From an uncultured Deferribacteres bacterium (lineage in GTDB: Bacteria > Zhuqueibacterota > Zhuqueibacteria > Zhuqueibacterales > Geothermadaptataceae): a stretch of 64,000 nucleotides of DNA. Positions 57,799 to 64,000 of the stretch are shown here, piece by piece; position 1 is the first letter of the stretch, and each line of letters starts with the position of its first letter. A model generated the notes under the pieces. It saw only the letters and a program-made list of their open reading frames with translations, did not search any database and had not been told where the DNA came from. A program made the translations under genes and the position numbers. Location of the stretch: assembly GCA_964014485.1 (NCBI GenBank), contig CAXHAT010000002.1, positions 56,309-120,308 on the forward strand, read 5' to 3'.

Positions 57799-60150
57799 AT
57801 GACAACCTTAAAATTCTCCACCAAAGCAGGGACGCTGGAGACCCTTCGCCGACATATTAAATCTGCTCAAATTCTCCCGCTGGAACGTTTTCGCGTCGCC
57901 GAATACGCCGAGCAAAAAGACGCGATTCTGCAAAATCTTCAGGCTAAATTCACCGACGAATTGCTCATCGTCCGCTCTTCCGCGCTCGATGAAGACGGGA
58001 TGAACAATTCCAACGCGGGCTATTTCGAAAGCGTCGCCAACGTGGCGCGGACGGATGAGAACGCCCTGCGTGACGCCATCGAAACCGTGGTCAATTCTTA
58101 CGAAAAAGGCAATGGCCAAAACGAAGTGCTCGTCCAGCCCATGCTGCGCGACGTGCGCTACTGCGGCGTTGTTTTCACCGTCGACGCGGACACGCTGGGA
58201 CCGTACTACATCATCAATTTCGACGACAGCGGTTCCACCGACAGCGTGACCAGCGGCGCGTCCTCGGGTTTGCAAACATACGTTTGTTTCAAGAACGCCG
58301 AACGGCCGCCGCAAAATCCGGCGCTGGCGAAGTTGCTCGAGACGTGCAGGGAAATCGAAAAACTCTTCGATTACAAATTTTTGGACATTGAGTTCGGCGT
58401 TACCAGCGACGACGAAGTTTACATTTTTCAAGTGCGGCCAATCGCGGTGCAGCGCAAGGAAGACTTGTCGCACATCCGGCTGGAAGAGCCGCTGCGCAAA
58501 CTGCACAGCAAAATCGAGAAGCTCGCCAGCCCACATCCATACTTGCTCGGCAAACGCGCCGTTTTTGGCGTGATGCCTGACTGGAATCCGGCGGAAATCA
58601 TTGGCTTTCGCCCGCGCCAGCTCGCGGTTTCGCTTTACAAGGAACTGATCACCGACAATATTTGGGCGTACCAGCGCGACAATTACGGCTACCGCAATCT
58701 GCGTTCGCACCCGCTGCTGATTTCCTTTCTCGGCATTCCGTACATCGACGTTCGCGTGTCGTTTAACTCGTTCGTGCCTAAAAATCTGAACGAGGATATT
58801 GCCGAAAAACTGGTGAATTTCTACCTCGATAAACTGACCAACACCCCGGCCTATCACGACAAAGTTGAGTTCGAAATTGTTTATTCGTGTTACTTTTTCG
58901 GCTTGCCTGAGCGTTTGAAAGAACTGCTCGACGCGGGCTTTAACGAGAACGAAATCAAGCGCGTCGAATTCGCCTTGCTCGATTTGACCAACAGCATTAT
59001 CAACCCGAAAAGCGGGCTTTTTCGGAAGGATTTGGATCGAATCGAACTGCTGAATGAGAAGTTCGAAAAGATCGTCAACTCCGGGCTTTCGACGGTCGAG
59101 AAAATTTATTGGCTGATCGAAGATTGTAAGCGCTACGGCACGCTGCCGTTCGCCGGAATCGCGCGTTCGGCGTTTGTCGCCGTGCAGTTCCTCAAGTCCT
59201 TCGTCAGCGCCGGGCTGATGACGCAGGAAGAATACGACGCTTTTATGAACTCGCTCAACACGGTCTCGAAAAGGCTGAATCGCGATTTGAAAGCGCTGTC
59301 CGAAGATCAGGTTTCGCAAGAAGATTTTCTCGCGGCTTACGGCCATCTGCGCCCCGGCACCTACGACATTCTCTCGCCGCGCTACGACGAAGATTTTGAA
59401 GGTTATTTTTCGGCCAAGCCCAACAACCACGTCGAAGATGCGACGTTTGAATTTCGCGAAGAGCAGATCGAAGCCATCGAAAAATCGCTGGCGGAAAACG
59501 GTATTCACGCCGATTTTAAGACGCTGATCTCGTTCATCCGGCAATCGATTGAAGGGCGCGAGTATTCCAAGTTTGTTTTTACCCGCTCGTTGAGCCAGAT
59601 CATCAAGCTTATCGAAAAACTGGGCAAGCGCATCGGCATGGGGCGGGAATCCCTTTCTTATCTGGACGTCAAGCGCGTTCTTGAGCTTTACGCCACGCTC
59701 GATCATCGCGACGTGCATGATATTCTGGTGCAGGATATTCAGCAAAACGCTTCGTTCCACGAGTTCACCAAAGCGGTCAAACTGCCCGGCCTGATTTTAG
59801 AGCCGGAGGACATTTATCAGTTTTATCTCGACGAAAACGAGCCGAATTTTATCACGCTCAAGCGCGTCGAAGCTCCGATTGTGCAGGAGCAGGATTTCAA
59901 CGGCAAAAGTCTGGAAGGCAAGATTGCCTTCATCCAATCCGCCGATCCTGGCTACGATTTTCTGTTCACGAAAAACATCGCCGGGCTGGTGACGCAGTAC
60001 GGCGGCGCGAACTCGCACATGGCCATCCGCTGCGCCGAGCTCGGCATTCCCGCCGTCATCGGCGCCGGCGAGAACTACTTCGCCAACTGGTCAAAAGCCA
60101 AAGTTTTGGAGCTTGATTGTTCGAGTAATTTGGTGAGAATTATCCACTAA
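57799..60150 (+). CDS. PEP-utilising / PPDK-type three-domain phosphotransferase (candidate Cj1418-type L-glutamine kinase)
   Basis: 783 aa. The N-terminal half is PPDK_N/ATP-grasp-like (LIVRSSALDEDG...AGYFESV...VLVQPML). The C-terminal swivel phospho-His domain reads GLVTQYGGANSHMAIRCAELGIPAVIGAG. Confidence 0.8.
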   Translation: MTTLKFSTKAGTLETLRRHIKSAQILPLERFRVAEYAEQKDAILQNLQAKFTDELLIVRSSALDEDGMNNSNAGYFESVANVARTDENALRDAIETVVNSYEKGNGQNEVLVQPMLRDVRYCGVVFTVDADTLGPYYIINFDDSGSTDSVTSGASSGLQTYVCFKNAERPPQNPALAKLLETCREIEKLFDYKFLDIEFGVTSDDEVYIFQVRPIAVQRKEDLSHIRLEEPLRKLHSKIEKLASPHPYLLGKRAVFGVMPDWNPAEIIGFRPRQLAVSLYKELITDNIWAYQRDNYGYRNLRSHPLLISFLGIPYIDVRVSFNSFVPKNLNEDIAEKLVNFYLDKLTNTPAYHDKVEFEIVYSCYFFGLPERLKELLDAGFNENEIKRVEFALLDLTNSIINPKSGLFRKDLDRIELLNEKFEKIVNSGLSTVEKIYWLIEDCKRYGTLPFAGIARSAFVAVQFLKSFVSAGLMTQEEYDAFMNSLNTVSKRLNRDLKALSEDQVSQEDFLAAYGHLRPGTYDILSPRYDEDFEGYFSAKPNNHVEDATFEFREEQIEAIEKSLAENGIHADFKTLISFIRQSIEGREYSKFVFTRSLSQIIKLIEKLGKRIGMGRESLSYLDVKRVLELYATLDHRDVHDILVQDIQQNASFHEFTKAVKLPGLILEPEDIYQFYLDENEPNFITLKRVEAPIVQEQDFNGKSLEGKIAFIQSADPGYDFLFTKNIAGLVTQYGGANSHMAIRCAELGIPAVIGAGENYFANWSKAKVLELDCSSNLVRIIH

Positions 60151-60167
60151 ATTTTGCGGGTGTGAAT

Positions 60168-60433
60168 TTAACGCAGAGACGCGGAAAGCGCTGAGTGACG
60201 CAGAGAAAGAATCTAGATCAAATGCTTGTTGCGGTTGTCCCAAGACATTGATTTTCACGTCATTCTCGCGCAGGCGGGAATCCAGCCAATCGCGCACCGC
60301 CCCTGGATTCCCGCCTGCGCGTGCGCCTGCGCGGGAATGACATAAAACGGACGTTTTTTATGTTTTTGGACGGCCCCGAGCCACTAAAGAATACTCTGCG
60401 AAAGCTCCGCGTCTTTGCGCCCTCTGCGTTGAA
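60168..60433. repeat. Composite nested repeat, copy B: CGCAGAG-family arms enclosing a GTCATTC...GAATGAC hairpin
   Basis: Outer arms: 60168-60205 ttaacgcagagacgcggaaagcgctgagtgacgcagag and 60394-60433 ctctgcgaaagctccgcgtctttgcgccctctgcgttgaa. Inner hairpin: 60259-60285 gtcattctcgcgcaggcgggaatccag and 60303-60341 ctggattcccgcctgcgcg(tgcgcctgcgcg)ggaatgac. Confidence 0.8.
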
Positions 60434-60461
60434 ATTTTGATCCGATTTACCCAAACAGATT

Positions 60462-61091
60462 ATGCGAAAAAAAATCGCCGTTACGCAGCGTTTGATTGAA
60501 AACCCGACTTACTTCGAAATTCGCGATGCGCTGGACGTGAATCAAAGCAAATTTCTGGAGCAAGCCGGTTATCTGCCGGTTCCGCTCTCGGCGGCGTGCG
60601 ACCCGGAGTCGTATTTTTCACAAATCGGCTTTGACGGCGTTTTTCTCAGCGGCGGAAATGATTTGAGCTGCGTCAGCGACGATCCGCTCTCGGCGCAACG
60701 CGACCAATTTGAAAAGCGCGTCATCGAATTGGCGCTTGAACGAAAAATCCCGATTTTCGGCGTCTGCCGGGGCATGCAAATCATCGCCGATTATTTCGGC
60801 GGCGAGTTGGAAAAAGTCGAAAATCACGTCGCGGTGCGGCACAAGCTTGTCGTGCAATCGGAATCGCGCTTTGCTGATTTCATTGGACGCTTTGAAGACG
60901 TCAATTCCTACCACGGCTACGCCGTCAAAAGCGTTCCGAACGACTTTCACACGGTTTGCGAAAGCGACGACGACGTGATTGAAGCGATAGAACACAAGAC
61001 GCTGCCGATTTTCGCACAAATGTGGCATTCCGAACGGGAATCGCCTTTTATTGAAACGGATGCTAAGATCACCAGAATGATTTTTGGATGA
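60462..61091 (+). CDS. Class I glutamine amidotransferase / peptidase C26 fold (candidate Cj1417-type gamma-glutamyl-CDP-amidate hydrolase)
   Basis: GVFLSGGNDL..., nucleophile elbow IPIFGVCRGMQII, and the late ...QMWHSERE (His-Glu of the triad region). Confidence 0.8.
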   Translation: MRKKIAVTQRLIENPTYFEIRDALDVNQSKFLEQAGYLPVPLSAACDPESYFSQIGFDGVFLSGGNDLSCVSDDPLSAQRDQFEKRVIELALERKIPIFGVCRGMQIIADYFGGELEKVENHVAVRHKLVVQSESRFADFIGRFEDVNSYHGYAVKSVPNDFHTVCESDDDVIEAIEHKTLPIFAQMWHSERESPFIETDAKITRMIFG

Positions 61092-61177
61092 ATTGTAGCG
61101 GAAGAATGACTTTAAACTTGTCTGTTCTTCCAACAAATTGACGAAGATGTTGAGTCGCACAGGAGCAGCCTGAAGCT

Positions 61178-61242
61178 GAACTACAAACGACGGTGCGTTC
61201 ATGACGCTCAGATGCAAAAGAAAGCACTGTCGTTTGTAGTTC
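61178..61242. repeat. 19-bp-stem hairpin upstream of the DUF2283-like ORF
   Basis: 61178-61196 gaactacaaacgacggtgc and 61224-61242 gcactgtcgtttgtagttc with one mismatch and a 27-nt loop. It is followed by a small hairpin cacgc-ttta-gcgtg plus cttttgg. Confidence 0.65.
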
Positions 61243-61292
61243 ACGCTTTAGCGTGCTTTTGGCGGCGCCTTGAATTGAAAAGTGGTGGTTCG

Positions 61293-61766
61293 ATGAAAGC
61301 AATCCATTATGATACGGAAGGCGATATTCTTTCGGTGACGTTTTATGAAGCGGAGCAACAAAAACAAGTTGGTTTTGAGCTTTCGGACAACATCGTGCTC
61401 TACTACAATCCAGAGACTAACGCCCCGCTGAAACTGTTATTTTTGAGTTATCGCGTTTTGCTGCAAGCTAGTTCGCAGACCCCGATTTCTCTTGATGGAT
61501 TGACCCACGCGCCTGCTGATAAGCAAGCCACAGTAACAGATTTGTTGAAAAAAGAGCCACTCACAGTTTTTTTGCAAATAGCGCGATGCGCACGATCAAA
61601 TCCCGGCAACCGGCAGACTGAACGAGATTTTCACCCCTGCCGCATTACAAACTGTTGCGGCAAATTAACTTTTTATTCATCGTATATCCAGCCGACTCAC
61701 TTTTTCCAGCTAAGAGCTAAACGCGGAGCACGCAAAGGCGCGGAGTTGACGCAGAGAATATTTTAA
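61293..61766 (+). CDS. DUF2283-like small protein with an extended tail reading into repeat copy C
   Basis: MKAIHYDTEGDILSVTFYEAEQQKQVGFELSDNIVLYYNPETNAPLKLLFL resembles DUF2283 (M.i.YD.e.D.l.i.f...). The ORF has no earlier stop. The last roughly 17 codons are encoded by the repeat at 61717-61808, so the C-terminus is doubtful. Confidence 0.5.
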   Translation: MKAIHYDTEGDILSVTFYEAEQQKQVGFELSDNIVLYYNPETNAPLKLLFLSYRVLLQASSQTPISLDGLTHAPADKQATVTDLLKKEPLTVFLQIARCARSNPGNRQTERDFHPCRITNCCGKLTFYSSYIQPTHFFQLRAKRGARKGAELTQRIF

Positions 61767-61808
61767 AAAATCTGCGAAAACTCCGCGTCTCGGCGAACTT
61801 TGCGTTAG
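61717..61808. repeat. Palindromic intergenic repeat, copy C
   Basis: Left arm 61717-61756 ctaaacgcggagcacgcaaaggcgcggagttgacgcagag. Right arm 61771-61808 tctgcgaaaactccgcgtctcggcgaactttgcgttag. The right arm is about 80% identical, in direct orientation, to the right arm of copy B. Confidence 0.8.
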
Positions 61809-61835
61809 AATACAAACCCCAATTTCCAGAAACAT

Positions 61836-62597
61836 ATGAAAGCAATCATCCTCGCGGCGGGGCAGGGAACTCGCTTGCTGCCGCTCACGGCGGACAAGCC
61901 GAAGTGCATGGTCGAATATCGCGGTAAGCCGCTGGTCGACTATCTCGTCGAAACGTTCCAGAACGCCGGAATTGATCAAACGATCATCATCAACGGCTAC
62001 AAAAGCGACGTTTTGGAGAATCATTTTTCCTCCGACGAAGTCACGTTTCGCCGCAACCCGGATTTTGAAACGACCAATATGGTCGCCACGCTGTTTTGCG
62101 CCGAAGACGATTTTGACGACGACTTGATCATTTCCTACGGCGATATTATTTACAAGAAAAACGTTCTTGAAGAATTGATTGCCAGCAACGCGGAGATTTC
62201 CGTCGTCATCGACAAAGACTGGGAATCGCTCTGGCGCTTGCGCATGGAAGACCCCTTGGCCGACGCGGAAACGCTCAAACTCGACGCGGGCGGCAATATC
62301 ATCGAGCTTGGCAAAAAGCCGCAAAGCGCCGACGAAATTCAGGGGCAGTACATCGGCCTGATCAAAATTTCCAAATCCGCCGTCGCCAAAGTGCGCAATT
62401 TTTATCACGGCCTCGACAAATCCGCGATCTACGACGGCAAGGATTACGACAACATGTTCATGACCAGCTTTTTACAGCTCATCATCGACCGTCTGTCGCC
62501 CGTCAAAGCCGTGCCGATCAACGGCGGTTGGATCGAAATTGACAGTTTGGAAGACCTGAAAGCTTATGAATCAGCGGGAATTGACTTTAATGAATGA
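61836..62597 (+). CDS. Nucleotidyltransferase (candidate Cj1416-type CTP:phosphoglutamine cytidylyltransferase)
   Basis: MKAIILAAGQGTRLLPLTADKPKCMV (the G-x-G-T-R-L-x-P-x-T-x-x-x-P-K signature). 253 aa. Confidence 0.85.
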   Translation: MKAIILAAGQGTRLLPLTADKPKCMVEYRGKPLVDYLVETFQNAGIDQTIIINGYKSDVLENHFSSDEVTFRRNPDFETTNMVATLFCAEDDFDDDLIISYGDIIYKKNVLEELIASNAEISVVIDKDWESLWRLRMEDPLADAETLKLDAGGNIIELGKKPQSADEIQGQYIGLIKISKSAVAKVRNFYHGLDKSAIYDGKDYDNMFMTSFLQLIIDRLSPVKAVPINGGWIEIDSLEDLKAYESAGIDFNE

Positions 62598-63453
62598 CTT
62601 GATGGTTTTTACGCACATCGTCTGCACAGGCGGGGGGGCGTTTAGCGATTTGCTCGATAAATATTTTTGGCAAGGCAGCATCATCACAAGCAAAAACATC
62701 GCGCATCAACTTGGCCGCCCGGAGTTGAACACACCATTGAAACGCCGCGACGACAGAAACGATGACATTTTGCAGCAATACCGCCAGCGCAAGAATCGCA
62801 CGAAAGTGATTCGCGGACACTATCATCTGGCCTACGGCGACCGCGAGGTTTGGCAAAAAGAGCCGCTCAAGTTTTTGACGTTTTTGCGCGAACCTGTCAA
62901 GCGCTTCATCTCGCACGGGCATTACTTGATGACCGACATGGACATTCTCTCGCGCCTCGAGAAAATCCCGGAAATCGATTTCAATTTACAAACCACCTAC
63001 CTTTCCGGCTGCAAAACGCTCTGCGCGACGGAGCAGGATTTGGAGATCGCCAAGCGCAATTTGGAGAAATACGATTTTATCGGAATCACGGAAGAATACG
63101 ACGATTCCATTGAGCTTTTCTGCAAGATTTTCTCACTGCCGTACATCGGCTGGGAACACAACACAAACGCGGTCACCAAAAAGAAAAACAAGATTCCCCA
63201 AGGCGTGCAAGACCGCATCCGGGAATTGTCCGCGCTGGATATCGAGCTTTATGAATATGGCAAAAAGCTGTTTCTGCAAAAGTTCGAGCAGCATAAAAAC
63301 GTCGAACTCATTGAGCCGGGCAGGTTCGATCAAGTGCTGATGAAAGCACGCAAAGTTGATCAATATCGCGCCAAAGGCCAGCGCTTCGTCAAAAGAAAAC
63401 TCGCCAAAGACGTGCGTGAACAAACGCGGCTGGAAGAGTTTTTGGTCAATTGA
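62566..63453 (+). CDS. Sulfotransferase-fold protein (family 2/3-like) with atypical 5'-PSB loop
   Basis: FTHIVCTGGGAFSDLL aligns by eye to the F.HIPKTGGTS 5'-PSB loop, with Lys replaced by Cys. FLREPVKRFISHGHY fits the R.P..R..S.Y 3'-phosphate-binding motif. It overlaps the upstream NTase; alternative ATGs lie at 62590 and 62602. Confidence 0.6.
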   Translation: MNQRELTLMNDLMVFTHIVCTGGGAFSDLLDKYFWQGSIITSKNIAHQLGRPELNTPLKRRDDRNDDILQQYRQRKNRTKVIRGHYHLAYGDREVWQKEPLKFLTFLREPVKRFISHGHYLMTDMDILSRLEKIPEIDFNLQTTYLSGCKTLCATEQDLEIAKRNLEKYDFIGITEEYDDSIELFCKIFSLPYIGWEHNTNAVTKKKNKIPQGVQDRIRELSALDIELYEYGKKLFLQKFEQHKNVELIEPGRFDQVLMKARKVDQYRAKGQRFVKRKLAKDVREQTRLEEFLVN

Positions 63454-63464
63454 ACACTTGCTGG

Positions 63465-63549
63465 CTAAACGCAGAGAACGACAAGGCGCAGAGCCGGGCG
63501 CAGAGTTTTTTTAGATGTTTCTCAGCGTTCTCTGCGACTCTGCGTTAAG
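63465..63549. repeat. Palindromic intergenic repeat, copy D
   Basis: Left arm 63465-63505 ctaaacgcagagaacgacaaggcgcagagccgggcgcagag. Right arm 63521-63549 ctcagcgttctctgcgactctgcgttaag. T-rich loop. Confidence 0.8.
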
Positions 63550-63721
63550 AGAACACGTTGTTGATTTTGCCGCCTCCCAAAAGTGGAATTGACTTTCTTT
63601 CGGGGAAAAATAGATTCATCCTGAATGATATTTTGGTGGGTTTTGCTCTTTGCCGAGAATTGAAAATTGGGGTTTGAGATTTATTTGTCATTTGAAAATT
63701 ACGATTTGGAATTTATAAAAA

Positions 63722-64000
63722 ATGTGCGGCGTCGCAGGATTTTTTCATCTCGATCAACATCGTCCCGCCGAGCGTGAAACGCTCAAGAAAATGACTGACG
63801 TGATCGCCCACCGCGGACCGGACGGCGAAGGTCGTTTCGTCGAAAACAACCTTGCTCTCGGACATCGCCGCCTCGCGATTATCGATCTCAACACCGGCCA
63901 GCAGCCGATGTCCAGCCGCGACGGGCGTTTTGTTCTCACGTACAACGGCGAAATTTACAATTACATCGAATTGCGAGATGAGCTCAAGAGCTCCGGAACG
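63722..64000 (+). CDS. asnB: Asparagine synthase (glutamine-hydrolysing), N-terminal part; continues beyond the window
   Basis: Absent from the ORF track because it has no stop in the window. Hand translation from the ATG at 63722 gives MCGVAGFFHLDQHRPAERETLKKMTDVIAHRGPDGEGRFVENNLALGHRRLAIIDLNTGQQPMSSRDGRFVLTYNGEIYNY, the classic Ntn MCG(I/V)xG...HRGPD...LGHRRL.I.D...G.QP...NGEIYN. Confidence 0.85.
   Translation, partial: MCGVAGFFHLDQHRPAERETLKKMTDVIAHRGPDGEGRFVENNLALGHRRLAIIDLNTGQQPMSSRDGRFVLTYNGEIYNYIELRDELKSSGT

Noticed and set aside
57808-59760. 650-aa ORF on the minus strand
   Set aside because: It is entirely antisense to the 783-aa PPDK-type gene, whose translation has clear family motifs. 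The antisense product is Arg/Phe/Val/Gln-rich low-information sequence with no motif. This is a typical shadow ORF caused by stop-codon-poor antisense frames.
60260-60454. 64-aa minus ORF (…MSFPRRRTRRRESRGGARLAGFPPARE)
   Set aside because: It is encoded entirely by the nested palindromic repeat. The Arg/Pro/Ser-rich peptide is the usual translation artefact of GGGAATCC/GCGGGAATGAC-type repeats.
56335-63453. Simple sulfated-polysaccharide interpretation (CysC + sulfotransferase only)
   Set aside because: This is not fully rejected. It does not explain the intervening PPDK-type kinase, C26 GATase and cytidylyltransferase-like genes in Cj1418-1417-1416 order, nor the altered FISP and PSB-lysine positions. 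It is kept as the explicit alternative hypothesis in the findings.
50390-63549. CRISPR array as an explanation for the recurring palindromic repeats
   Set aside because: Copies lie from under 1 kb to 7 kb apart and are separated by full-length genes. They are imperfect and of different lengths, and no regular repeat-spacer periodicity or cas genes are present.

Overview
This is a 64-kb bacterial chromosomal window. Spot counts put GC at roughly 50%. Clear Shine-Dalgarno sites (AGGAG/GGAGG) and a canonical TTGACA-17-TATCTT promoter are visible. The lineage cannot be named from sequence alone; a UpxY-type NusG paralogue and PEGA/TPR/TonB content are reminiscent of the FCB group or related uncultured phyla. 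The layout is as follows. (1) 1-11.8 kb, mostly minus strand: a double-FHA protein (cut by the window edge and absent from the ORF track), a Hanks Ser/Thr kinase with PEGA repeats, a TPR protein, a TonB-dependent receptor with an unusual N-terminal extension, and an ECF sigma/anti-sigma pair. (2) 12-18.3 kb: a tandemly duplicated two-gene cassette (secreted TPR protein plus a 124-aa AhpD/CMD-family protein), an MFS transporter and an alpha/beta hydrolase. (3) 18.5-24.2 kb, housekeeping: class-I aminotransferase, gcvT, ftsK, lolA-like. (4) 24.4 kb to the window end: a surface-polysaccharide locus of about 40 kb, entirely on the + strand. It holds an SLBB export protein, a Wzc-type BY-kinase, a UpxY antiterminator, a pseudaminic-acid pathway (pseB/C/G/I/F plus formyltransferase and GNAT), an acetamidino module (two N-acetyl-sugar amidotransferases flanking hisH/hisF paralogues), a KpsS/KpsC-family protein, Wzx, Wzy, GT2/GT4, acyl/methyl-transferases, a FemAB-like protein and a 5'-truncated-view asnB. 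The most interesting part is 56.3-63.5 kb. Its gene set (APS-kinase fold, SAM methyltransferase, PEP-utilising/PPDK-type kinase, class-I GATase/C26 hydrolase, nucleotidyltransferase) mirrors the Campylobacter jejuni cj1415-cj1420 O-methyl-phosphoramidate (MeOPN) pathway. It is followed by an overlapping sulfotransferase-fold gene, which I propose as a candidate phosphoramidate (or sulfate) transferase. The locus is punctuated by a family of intergenic palindromic repeats (core TAAACGCAGAG / CTCTGCGTT), by GTCATTC...GAATGAC-type palindromes including a 74-nt near-perfect palindrome, and by one nested composite copy. All functional calls come from by-eye motif recognition in the supplied translations. 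No database search was run.
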